The notes under the pieces are model-generated. The model had not been told where the DNA came from, searched no databases, and saw only the letters and a list, made by a program, of their open reading frames with translations. 64,000 nt of DNA, taken from Deltaproteobacteria bacterium (GTDB taxonomy: Bacteria > Myxococcota_A > UBA9160 > PR03). Below, one piece after another: positions 1-8,609 of this stretch (positions are counted from its first letter, which is position 1; each line of letters begins with the position of its first letter). A program made the translations under genes and the position numbers. Location of the stretch: positions 30,975 through 94,974 of the forward strand of contig JANNKU010000149.1 of the NCBI GenBank assembly GCA_031396445.1. Reading direction: 5' to 3'.

Positions 1-778
1 CGGTGGCGGTCGCAACGTCGAAGAGCACGCCGCTCTCGACGTTGCCCGAGATCAGATTGCCGAGGAGGAGGTTGTTCGCACCGTGCACGACGACGCCGTT
101 GAAGTTGTCGAGTCGCACGGCGCCGCTGACATCGGTGCCGATGTAGTTGCCCGAGACGCTGTTGGCCGATGCGTTCTCGTCGATCCACACGCCGGCGATC
201 GCATTGGCCGCAATCAGGTTGCGCTCCGAAACCATCGCCCCGCCGATCGTCGTGACTCTGGTGCCGACGAGTCGCACGCCGGCGCCGGCATTGCCGAAGT
301 CCTGCGTGCCGCTCGCATCGGTACCGATGAAATTGCATGAGATGTAGACGTTCCCCGAAGCGCCGTTCACCTCGATCGCGTCGCCCGTGAACGAGTTGAG
401 GATCAGACCGCGCACCACCACATCGTTGCCAGTGACCGACAGACCGTCGCTGCCCTGCGGACTGGCGTAGCCGGAGATCTCGATGCGCAGCGTCGGCGGC
501 CACGTCGCGCAGCTCGCGTCCGATTGCGTCGTGCCGTCGATCGTCACGCCGGCCGCGATCGGCGGCAGCGCGGTAACCGGCGTGATCGTCTGAACACCGC
601 CCTCTTCGATCGCGAAGTGGATCGCGTCGCCAGAGACGGCTGCGGCAATCGCTGCGCGCAGCGAGCCCGCGCCATCGTCGTCGGTATTGGCGACCGTGAT
701 GACGTCGGCGCCTGCCGCTGCGGCGAGCAGCGAGCCGACCAGCACGAACGCAGCGCGAGACACGGAATGGCGGAACAT
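1..778 (-). CDS. Secreted right-handed parallel beta-helix repeat protein (partial; 3' end lies outside the window)
   Basis: Not in the ORF track because it runs off the edge. My minus-strand translation from ATG (CAT at 776-778) gives MFRHSVSRAAFVLVGSLLAAAAGADVITVANTDDDGAGSLRAAIAAAVSGDAIHF..., a signal peptide. This is followed by repeated GNxI/GTD/SGN turns typical of pectate-lyase-like beta-helices. Confidence 0.7.
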   Translation of the reverse strand, partial: MFRHSVSRAAFVLVGSLLAAAAGADVITVANTDDDGAGSLRAAIAAAVSGDAIHFAIEEGGVQTITPVTALPPIAAGVTIDGTTQSDASCATWPPTLRIEISGYASPQGSDGLSVTGNDVVVRGLILNSFTGDAIEVNGASGNVYISCNFIGTDASGTQDFGNAGAGVRLVGTRVTTIGGAMVSERNLIAANAIAGVWIDENASANSVSGNYIGTDVSGAVRLDNFNGVVVHGANNLLLGNLISGNVESGVLFDVATAT

Positions 779-918
779 GGACTTCTCCCGGTGGATCCGG
801 CGCCAACGTAGCTGGATCCCTGCGTGAGTGACCCAAGCGGGTCCTTTCGGGGCGGTGCGACGCGTGGCGCTGTTGACGTGAGCAGCGCGCCGGCAACCCT
901 GCCCGGCCCGGAGGACGG

Positions 919-2247
919 ATGGAACACGCGCAAGCACTCCCGTGGTGGTCGGCGTTGCCGTTCGCGGGGCTGTTGCTGTCGATCGCGGTGGTGCCGCTCG
1001 CGGCCGGTCACTTCTGGGAGTCGAACCGCAACAAGGGAGTGGTCGCGGCGCTCTTCGCGATTCCGACGGCGCTCTACCTCGTGCTCGGACTCGGAGCGGC
1101 CGGCGTCCACGAACTCGTGCACAAGGCGCTCGAGTACGCATCGTTCATGGCGCTGCTCGGCTCGCTCTTCGTGATCAGCGGCGGCTTCGTCGTGCGCGGG
1201 TCGCTGGCGGGTACACCCATCGTCAACACGGGATTGCTGGCGCTCGGCGCGCTGCTCGCGAGCTGGATCGGCACGACTGGCGCGTCGGTGCTGCTGATCC
1301 GCCCGCTGCTGCGCGCGAACGCAGAGCGCAAGAACAAAGTCCACGTCGTGGTCTTCTTCATCTTCATCGTGTCGAACTGCGGCGGCCTGCTGACACCGCT
1401 CGGCGATCCGCCGCTCTTCCTCGGCTTCCTGAAGGGCGTGCCGTTTCTCTGGACGCTCGGACTGTGGAAGCAGTGGCTCTTCGTGAACGGCGCGCTGCTC
1501 GTCATCTTCAACGTCTGGGATCAGATCGCGCTGAATCGCGAGCAGGCCGCGACGACTGAACCGCTGCTCGAAGAGCTGATCGAGCACGAGCCGCTGCGCA
1601 TCGAAGGCGCACACAATTTCGCGTTCCTCGCCGGCATCATCGCGGTGATTTATGCGGCCGGCAGCGGCATCGGCACCGGCGGCGAACCGTGGCTCACCGG
1701 AATCCAGGAAGCGGCGATGATTGCGCTCGCGATCGCCGCCTATGCGACGACCGCCCAGCGCCTGCGCGAAGCGAACTCCTTCGGCTTCGCACCGATCGTC
1801 GAGGTCGCCGTGCTCTTCGCGGGCATCTTCGTGACGATGGCGCCTGCGCTGCTGCTGCTGAACCAGAACGCCGCGAGCTTGCCGATTCGCGAGCCGTGGC
1901 AGTTCTTCTGGGCGAGCGGGCTGCTGTCGAGCTTTCTCGACAACGCGCCGACCTATCTGACCTTCGCAGCCGCCGCCTGCGGACAGGCCGGCATCGCGCT
2001 CGAAGGTCGCTACCTCGCCGACTATCTCGCGATGGGCGACGAGGCGGCCGCGATCCTCGCGGCGATCTCGAGCGGCGCCGTCTTCATGGGCGCCAACACC
2101 TACATCGGCAACGGCCCCAACTTCATGGTGAAAGCGATCGCCGAAGAGAATGGCGTGCGGATGCCCGGCTTCTTCGGCTACATGGCCTACTCGAGCGCGG
2201 TCTTGATCCCGATCTTCGTGATCGTGACGTTTCTGTTCTTCGTCTAA
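919..2247 (+). CDS. ArsB/NhaD-superfamily (citrate-transporter-like) ion permease, putative Na+/H+ antiporter
   Basis: 442-aa polytopic membrane protein with about 10-12 hydrophobic segments and strong codon bias. Motifs such as SNCGGLLTPLGDPPLF and NGPNFMVKAIAEE are typical of this permease family. Confidence 0.85.
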   Translation: MEHAQALPWWSALPFAGLLLSIAVVPLAAGHFWESNRNKGVVAALFAIPTALYLVLGLGAAGVHELVHKALEYASFMALLGSLFVISGGFVVRGSLAGTPIVNTGLLALGALLASWIGTTGASVLLIRPLLRANAERKNKVHVVVFFIFIVSNCGGLLTPLGDPPLFLGFLKGVPFLWTLGLWKQWLFVNGALLVIFNVWDQIALNREQAATTEPLLEELIEHEPLRIEGAHNFAFLAGIIAVIYAAGSGIGTGGEPWLTGIQEAAMIALAIAAYATTAQRLREANSFGFAPIVEVAVLFAGIFVTMAPALLLLNQNAASLPIREPWQFFWASGLLSSFLDNAPTYLTFAAAACGQAGIALEGRYLADYLAMGDEAAAILAAISSGAVFMGANTYIGNGPNFMVKAIAEENGVRMPGFFGYMAYSSAVLIPIFVIVTFLFFV

Positions 2248-2265
2248 CTCGCAAGCGGAGGCCTC

Positions 2266-2568
2266 ATGCTCGTCATCGCCGGAGAAATCGAGATCGATCC
2301 CGCCAACCGAGATGCAGCCGTGGCCGCCGCCGTTCGCATGATGGAGGAGACGCGCAAGGAGGCGGGCTGCATCTCCTACTCGTTCTCGGGCGATCTCGTG
2401 CAGAGCGGCGTCTTCCGCATCTTCGAAGAGTGGGAGTCGCAGGCGGCGCTCACGGCGCATTTCGCAGCGCCGCACATGGCGAGCTTCCAGAAGGCGGTCG
2501 GCGGACTCGGCGTGAAGCGCATGTCGATCCAGCGCTACGAAGTGAGTTCCGTCGGCCCGCTGCGCTGA
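2266..2568 (+). CDS. Antibiotic-biosynthesis-monooxygenase (ABM) domain protein / putative quinol monooxygenase
   Basis: 100 aa. It has a ferredoxin-like ABM pattern (CISYSFSGD...FRIFEEWESQAALTAHFAAPHM) and sits 19 nt after the permease stop. Confidence 0.8.
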   Translation: MLVIAGEIEIDPANRDAAVAAAVRMMEETRKEAGCISYSFSGDLVQSGVFRIFEEWESQAALTAHFAAPHMASFQKAVGGLGVKRMSIQRYEVSSVGPLR

Positions 2569-2595
2569 AAGACGCCTCGGCTAAGCTGCGCCGCC

Positions 2596-3483
2596 GTGCG
2601 CAACCGCAACCTCCATCGCCTTCCCGTCGCATTGCTGATCGCAACGATCGCCACACTCGCGGTGGCCTGCGCGCAGCCCAAAGGTCCGCGCAACACCGCG
2701 ACTCTCACGGGCAGCATCACCTATCGCGAGCACATCGCACTGCCAGCGACCGCGCGTGTCGAAGTGCAGCTCGTGGACGTGAGCGACGAGAATGTGCCCG
2801 CACCGCTGATCGCCGAGCGCCTGGTCGATGCGCCCGGCCAGGTTCCGATCGCGTTCTCGCTCAGCTACGACCCCGCTTCGATCCGCTCGAGCCATACCTA
2901 CGCACTGCGCGTTCGAATCCGCGTCGATCAAGACATCTGGTTCGCGAGCAACGTCGATGTGCGCGTGCTCACCGCCGGCAATCCGACGCAGGTGGAGCTG
3001 CAACTCGAAAGGGTCAGCGCGAGCGGCGCGATCGTCCCGGCGGCGGCGACCCGCAACACCGATCCCGATCCGCCGAACCTCGATCCCAGAGCGAAAGCCG
3101 CGCGCGACGACACGCGCGCGATCGACGCCCGACTCGACCGCCTCGACATGCGCGAGGTCACCGACGGTCCGGAGCGGACCGGCTTCGAACCGCGCCGTCT
3201 GCGCCTCTGGGTTCGCGACGGCGAGCCCGTGAAGCTGACCGTGACGGAAGCCTCGCAAGCGGGGCGCACGACGACGACGTCGTCGTACTACTTCCGCGAT
3301 GGCGAGCTCTTCTGGGTTCGCACGCCGGCCGGCGGGTACCTCTTCGAAGGAAGCGCGCTCACGCTGTCGCTCGATGCGAGCTTGAAGCCGGTCGCCAGCG
3401 CGAAGGCGGCGGATCCGCAGACCCAACAAGCCCGCCTGCAAACCGAACTCCGCTCCGCGCTGGCCGAGTTCGGCGTCGAGTAG
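2596..3483 (+). CDS. YbaY-like lipoprotein
   Basis: GTG start. The signal peptide has a lipobox (TLAVAC). The pattern TGSITYREHIALPATARVEVQLVDVSD...PIAFSLSYDP resembles the YbaY/DUF (META-like) lipoprotein family. Confidence 0.72.
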   Translation: MRNRNLHRLPVALLIATIATLAVACAQPKGPRNTATLTGSITYREHIALPATARVEVQLVDVSDENVPAPLIAERLVDAPGQVPIAFSLSYDPASIRSSHTYALRVRIRVDQDIWFASNVDVRVLTAGNPTQVELQLERVSASGAIVPAAATRNTDPDPPNLDPRAKAARDDTRAIDARLDRLDMREVTDGPERTGFEPRRLRLWVRDGEPVKLTVTEASQAGRTTTTSSYYFRDGELFWVRTPAGGYLFEGSALTLSLDASLKPVASAKAADPQTQQARLQTELRSALAEFGVE

Positions 3484-3491
3484 GAAAAGTG

Positions 3492-3523
3492 GAGCCGGCG
3501 GCCGTTGCCACAGCCGCCGACTC
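3492..3523. terminator. Hairpin between convergent genes (possible bidirectional terminator)
   Basis: GAGCCGGCGGC (3492-3502) pairs with GCCGCCGACTC (3513-3523), 10 of 11 positions, with a 10-nt loop. There is no clear U-tract. Confidence 0.35.
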
Positions 3524-3549
3524 GCTCCCCTAGCGCGCCTCTCGCAAAC

Positions 3550-3909
<360 letters not shown>

Positions 3910-3993
3910 CTACGACTTCGCCGTGGCGGACACGAGGACCATCGCCATCGCGCGGACCGCTGCGAGCGACGAGAACTCGCGCGTTCTTGCTAG

Positions 3994-4009
3994 AGCAATG
4001 AGCGTGCCG
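3994..4009 (-). promoter_or_regulatory. Sigma-54 (-24/-12) type promoter upstream of glnB
   Basis: The minus strand reads CGGCACGCTCATTGCT, which fits TGGCACG-N4-TTGCW except at the first base. It lies about 100 nt upstream of the glnB ATG. Confidence 0.45.
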
Positions 4010-4148
4010 GCCCTCGCGTGTATGCAATCGAGCTGGACTGCGCTCGAAGCAGCCCGTCGCGGGAGCAATTGCGCCGATCGCTGCCCGCCCGCAGAGCAGA
4101 GTTGCTCAAGAAACGAGCGCGACGCGGATGCGGCCGCGCAGCGAAGGT

Positions 4149-4532
4149 TCAGGAAGCGGTTTTCGCGTCCCGCGCGTTCGGCCGTCGCAGCGCGCAGACG
4201 AGCGCAGCAATCGACACCGCAAAGAGAACGCCCTTCACGCACACCACGAAGAGGCCGGAATGCCCGGAGACATCCACCGCACGCCACTCCTCGAGCTGCC
4301 CGAAGAAACTTCCGTAGAGCCCGCCCGCGAGAACGCCCCACGCCGCGGCGAGCCACACGTCGGCATTCGGGCGCTGCCGTGACGCCGCGCGCGCCGCAAT
4401 CAACAACAGCGCACCCGCAATCAGGTCGTCCACATACGACGCGATCGGATGGAAGTTCGTCCTGCGGCGCAGGATCTCCAGCAGTGGCAACACGATGCCC
4501 ATCCCCCAGGCCGCGGCAACTTCGAAGCGCAT
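4149..4532 (-). CDS. Small integral membrane protein (4 predicted TM segments), function unknown
   Basis: This is the C-terminal 127 codons of the 4149..5342 ORF, starting at MRFEVAAAWGMGIVLPLLE (CAT at 4530-4532). Only this part is hydrophobic and non-Arg-rich. Its start lies 5 nt after the upstream gene's stop. Confidence 0.6.
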   Translation of the reverse strand: MRFEVAAAWGMGIVLPLLEILRRRTNFHPIASYVDDLIAGALLLIAARAASRQRPNADVWLAAAWGVLAGGLYGSFFGQLEEWRAVDVSGHSGLFVVCVKGVLFAVSIAALVCALRRPNARDAKTAS

Positions 4533-4537
4533 CCGCT

Positions 4538-5185
4538 TCACGCCTCGGCCGATGCGAGCGAGGTGGCGCTCGCCCGCCGTGATCGCCGCGTTCGTGAGGC
4601 CGCGATGCGCAGCCCCAGCGCGGCGAGCGCGAGGCCGAAGTACGGCGCGAATTCGGGCTTGTCGCCAAAACTCCGGCCGGCGTAGCTGAAGGTGAAGACG
4701 AACCAGATCCAGTAGACACCGAGCTTGTGCAGGCGAAGCCAGTTGCGACCGAGCCGTCGCACCGCGGCGTCGTTCGATGTCGCCACCATCGCGAACATCA
4801 TCAGATATGCACCGCCGCCCCCGATCAGCGAGACGGCGTTCGGGCGATTTCCTGCGACGACGTTGTTCGTGATGAGCGCAGCCAGGTGAATCGTGTGCGC
4901 GGTGGCGAACGCGAGACCGAGCGCGCGGCGGCGGCGGACGAGGAATCGCGAGACGCGACTCGGCGCGAGCCGATTCCACGAACTTGCGATGAACACGAGC
5001 AGGAAGAGCGGGAACGACAGTCGCGCCGTGTAGCGAGCCGCGAGCAGCCAACCCTCGCCCTGCGCAGCACCCATGCTGTAGCCGAGCAGCGCGACGAGCG
5101 TCGCGCCGCTCGCAGCCGCCGCGCAGAATGCCGGGATCGTGGAAGCGGTCGGTCGCGCGCCATCGCGTTGGGTGGTCGGGGTCAT
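4538..5185 (-). CDS. Integral membrane protein, ferric-reductase-like/YedZ-like transmembrane domain (tentative)
   Basis: Internal start MTPTTQRDG (CAT at 5183-5185). There are multiple TM segments with conserved His residues (AHTIHLAAL, LHKLGVYWIWF). It is divergent from a TetR gene. Confidence 0.6.
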   Translation of the reverse strand: MTPTTQRDGARPTASTIPAFCAAAASGATLVALLGYSMGAAQGEGWLLAARYTARLSFPLFLLVFIASSWNRLAPSRVSRFLVRRRRALGLAFATAHTIHLAALITNNVVAGNRPNAVSLIGGGGAYLMMFAMVATSNDAAVRRLGRNWLRLHKLGVYWIWFVFTFSYAGRSFGDKPEFAPYFGLALAALGLRIAASRTRRSRRASATSLASAEA

Positions 5186-5292
5186 TGGCGAACACTCCTC
5201 GACGAGAGCCGCTGCATCTCGCTGGATCGCGCTGGATCGAAGCGGGAGAATTACATACGCTCCGTATGCAGAAACATACGTGAGGTACGGAA

Positions 5293-5955
5293 GTGGCGTC
5301 AAGGCGATCGCGACCCGTCCCGCGCACCAACGAGGCGATCACCGCCGAAACGCGACGGCTCTTGCTGAAGGTCGGCCGGCGCCTTTTCGCCGCGAACGGC
5401 TACGCGGAGACCTCTGCCGACGCGATCGGCGCCAAGGCGGGACTCACGCGCGGCGCCCTCCACTACCACTTCGGCGACAAGCGCGGCCTCTTCGTCGCGG
5501 TGCTCGAAGAGCTGCTGCGCGAACTCGTCGCGAGCCTCGCGAAGGACACGATGAAGGGGATCGCCGAGGGCACGGCAGAACTCGAGCGCGGCGCGACGCT
5601 GCTGCTCGAGGCATACGGGCGCCCCGAGATGCAGCGCATCCTGCTGCGCGACGGGCCGCAGGTGCTGGGCTGGCAGCCATGGATCGAGATCCAGGAGGCG
5701 TCGGGCCTCGCGGCGCTCCTCGATCACGCACTCACGCATTGGGTCGAAGCGGGCTGGATCGAGCAGCGCGCCGTGGAGCCGACGCGCCGGCTGCTCTCGG
5801 GCGCGCTGATCCACGCGGGTGTTGCAATCGCCGAGGCGTCCGATCGCAAGGCTGCGCTCGCGCACTTCCGCGAACCGCTGCAGCGACTGGTGCGCGGCCT
5901 CGCGCCACACGGCGCCATCCAACCGGCCGCGCGGCGCCGCCCCTCAGCGAAGTAG
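5293..5955 (+). CDS. TetR/AcrR family transcriptional regulator
   Basis: N-terminal HTH region ETRRLLLKVGRRLFAANGYAETSADAIGAKAGLTRGALHYHFGDKRGLF. Confidence 0.9.
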   Translation: MASRRSRPVPRTNEAITAETRRLLLKVGRRLFAANGYAETSADAIGAKAGLTRGALHYHFGDKRGLFVAVLEELLRELVASLAKDTMKGIAEGTAELERGATLLLEAYGRPEMQRILLRDGPQVLGWQPWIEIQEASGLAALLDHALTHWVEAGWIEQRAVEPTRRLLSGALIHAGVAIAEASDRKAALAHFREPLQRLVRGLAPHGAIQPAARRRPSAK

Positions 5956-5987
5956 CGCTCGCGCTCCGCGGCGGCGCGTGCTCAGAG

Positions 5988-6139
5988 CCTGTGAAGAAAT
6001 CGCCGACCGAGCAGCGCGCCGCGCCGGCAGGCCAGATGCAAGGCGCGACGACGAGTCATATCGAGATATGGCGAGGAGGAGCAACGCAGCAGATGGCCTG
6101 TCGCCGCAAGCGATGCGACCGAGGCGATTTTTTCACAGG
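5988..6139. repeat. About 152-nt nested imperfect palindrome in a convergent intergenic region
   Basis: There are three concentric inverted repeats centred near 6063-6064. The outer pair is CCTGTGAAGAAATCGCC (5988-6004) with GGCGATTTTTTCACAGG (6123-6139), 16 of 17 positions. The middle pair is CAGGCCA (6028-6034) with TGGCCTG (6094-6100). The core is CATATCGAGATATG (6057-6070). The segment is locally AT-richer than its surroundings. Confidence 0.6.
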
Positions 6140-6223
6140 CGCTCAGCACTCGCAGCAGCGACACCGCGGCGCACGGGCGGGCAGTGATGAACTTCCGTCG
6201 CCCGAGGCTCCGCACGGATTTCG

Positions 6224-8131
6224 TCACTTCGATGATCTTCGCTCGCCTGCGTCCGGACTCCACCAGATCGGCGATGTCCACGCGCGCTCCTGGATCGTCT
6301 TCGGAACCTGCGCATCGCAGCACGCTTCGAGTCCGTCCGGAGCGCCCATGCTGCAATCGACCGAGCGCGCATTGCACGCCCACTGCGTCCAACGACACGA
6401 CGGATTCTCGACGACGCGCGCGTAGTAGAGCGCCGGTGCGTTGGGATCGAAGTCGGGATCGCGCCAGGTGGAGCAAAGCGTGTCGGCGCCCGCGCCCTTC
6501 GGTGTGCAGCTCGCGAGATCGACGTCGGCGCCATTCGCCGCGTTGCCCGCGATCTCGTAGACCTGCTCGCGCGAAGCTCCGTTCTCTACCCACAGCTTCA
6601 CAATCTGGATGCGCTGGAGCGGCGTGCCGGGCGCGTCGCCAACTCCAGCGTCGCGCGCGGCCCACACCGCGAAGCGTGGAGCCGCTTCGCTGCGCGTCGG
6701 CGCCGACAAGTCGCCGCCCATCGGAACGCCGTGCTCGTAGCCCTGCGCGGCGAAGTCGTGTGCGCTGCACAGATCCTCTGGCAAGTCGAAGCCACCGAAG
6801 AAGCGCACGACGATGCGCGGACCGCTGGTGCCCCACGCTTCGCGGCGTCGCATCGCTTCGAAGAGCGAATCGCGAGAATTCTCCTCCGCCCAGACACCGG
6901 CGAGCCCGCCCGGATTGAACCACCACTGGTCGGGAAGCGGCGGCACTTCGGTGCGGCTCGTCGAACGCCCGGCCGCATGGCCGATGAAGCGGTCTTCATC
7001 GACCAGGCCGGGCGCTGCGAGATGCGTGTCGGTCGCGGCGATGAGGCCCAGCTTGAACGGATTCACGCCGAGCTTCGATTGCAGAACGAGACCTGCGCCG
7101 AGCACCTCGCGGGCGAAGCTGTTCTCCGGCGGCGTGCTCCAGGTCCACGGCAACGCGGATTCGCGCATCGTCGAGAAGGGCAGCTTCTCGTAGCTGCAGA
7201 GCGGGTCGCTGACGCTCGCGCGGCATTCCGAATCGCCCTTGTGCTGGGTCACTTCGAGCAGCACCTCGAGTGAGGCACGCAATTCGGCGTCGGCGCGCGT
7301 CAGCGGGGCGCCGTCCTCGCGCTCGGTGCGGAAAAGCAGACCGCCAGACAGATTCGTGTTGTGCGGAATCACCAGCACGTCGCAACCGATGCCGGCGTCC
7401 AGGCACTCATCGCGCAAGCGCTGCCAGAGCCGCTCGCCGGTCCGGTCTTCGATGTAGTTGGCGGGACGCGCCGGCACCACGGCGTTCCGGAACAGCACGT
7501 TGCGATGAATCATTTTCGAGTCGGGGTTGCCCGACCATTCGTAGCCGACGAACGGTGTGAAGCGGCACGCAGCGCTGCGGTCGTAGAACTCCTCTGCCGC
7601 ACGCTGGATCTCCTGCCACGGTCCGGCGGCGGCTTCGACGCAGCGCTCGCCGTTCTTGCCGCAGAAGCTGTATCGCTGTGGATCCTTCACATCCAACATC
7701 GAGCCGTTCACCAGCATGTAGGCGAGCCACGGCCAGCGCCGCGCGATGCGGCAGACGACCGAGTCGTAGCCGGGCAGACCGGGCGCGGAACAGATGCGTG
7801 TCTCGCCGAGCAGCTCGGCATGATCGGTGACGGCGGCGAAGTCGAGCGGTCGGCGCAGCTGGATCGTGCGCAGCGGCTTGCCCGCCTCGTCGTAGGGCTG
7901 AACGCCGACTTCTTCTCCGCGCGCGAAACGATACGCGTCGCGCGGGCCGTTGCGCGTGCCCTGCCCCACCGCATCGAAGGAAAGCGCGGTGTGGACGTGC
8001 GTGTCGCCGAAGAACGGCTGCCTCACCTCGGTTCGGTGGTGGCACGGCTCGCGCGTCTCCGTGCGCGGCGCTTCGGCGCGCGCGGCGAGCGGAAGCAGCG
8101 ACGCGAGCGCGAGCCACGCGATCCTCGTCAC
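6224..8131 (-). CDS. DUF3604 domain-containing secreted protein
   Basis: GTG start at 8131 overlaps the upstream stop (GTGA). The signal peptide is VTRIAWLALASLLPLAARAEA. FFGDTHVHTALSFDA and AAVTDHAELLGE are characteristic DUF3604 (PHP-like metal site) motifs. Confidence 0.85.
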   Translation of the reverse strand: MTRIAWLALASLLPLAARAEAPRTETREPCHHRTEVRQPFFGDTHVHTALSFDAVGQGTRNGPRDAYRFARGEEVGVQPYDEAGKPLRTIQLRRPLDFAAVTDHAELLGETRICSAPGLPGYDSVVCRIARRWPWLAYMLVNGSMLDVKDPQRYSFCGKNGERCVEAAAGPWQEIQRAAEEFYDRSAACRFTPFVGYEWSGNPDSKMIHRNVLFRNAVVPARPANYIEDRTGERLWQRLRDECLDAGIGCDVLVIPHNTNLSGGLLFRTEREDGAPLTRADAELRASLEVLLEVTQHKGDSECRASVSDPLCSYEKLPFSTMRESALPWTWSTPPENSFAREVLGAGLVLQSKLGVNPFKLGLIAATDTHLAAPGLVDEDRFIGHAAGRSTSRTEVPPLPDQWWFNPGGLAGVWAEENSRDSLFEAMRRREAWGTSGPRIVVRFFGGFDLPEDLCSAHDFAAQGYEHGVPMGGDLSAPTRSEAAPRFAVWAARDAGVGDAPGTPLQRIQIVKLWVENGASREQVYEIAGNAANGADVDLASCTPKGAGADTLCSTWRDPDFDPNAPALYYARVVENPSCRWTQWACNARSVDCSMGAPDGLEACCDAQVPKTIQERAWTSPIWWSPDAGERRSSK

Positions 8132-8508
8132 GGGTACACCGAGAGCAGTGTCACCTGCGACGCATGGGCGTTGTAGGGCGAGTGATAGATCGGCAGCACG
8201 CTTGCGGTGACGATCAGCGCGGCCGCGGCGACGAACACGATCCACGGGTGGCGGCTGCATGCGCGCGCGATGACGGCGGCGATTCCGTAGAGCAACGCGA
8301 GGTAGACGACCGCTTGCCCCACGAACACCAACGCGGTGAGTCCGACGACGCCGCGAAGACCCTCCGCCAAGCCGAACACGGTCGCCACGCTGCCGAGCTC
8401 GAACAAGTAGAGCGCGGGAACCGAGCCCGGACCGAGCAACCAGATCGGAACCGGCAGCACGACCGCGAGGACGAGCCACAAAAAAAGTCGCAGGCCGCGT
8501 ACCGACAT
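8128..8508 (-). CDS. Small membrane protein, function unknown
   Basis: Starts at MSVRGLRLFLWLVLAVVLPVPIWLL. It has 4 hydrophobic segments and is translationally coupled to the DUF3604 gene. Confidence 0.6.
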   Translation of the reverse strand: MSVRGLRLFLWLVLAVVLPVPIWLLGPGSVPALYLFELGSVATVFGLAEGLRGVVGLTALVFVGQAVVYLALLYGIAAVIARACSRHPWIVFVAAAALIVTASVLPIYHSPYNAHASQVTLLSVYP

Positions 8509-8609
8509 CGCTGGCAATCCCTTCGCAGAGCGATCGCCGCTTGCGATGCGCGCGCGCATGGTGACCTTGCGACGTCGCTCGCGTCAACGACTTCGGCGCG
8601 ACAGCGCGT

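Noticed and set aside
544-2475. 643-aa minus-strand ORF antisense to the permease gene
   Set aside because: Its composition is Arg/Asp/His-rich and low-complexity, typical of an off-frame read of GC-rich coding DNA. The plus-strand permease has clear TM periodicity and family motifs.
4149-5342. Single 397-aa ORF
   Set aside because: Only its last 127 codons look like a real (membrane) protein. The upstream part overlaps, out of frame, the better-supported membrane protein 4538-5185.
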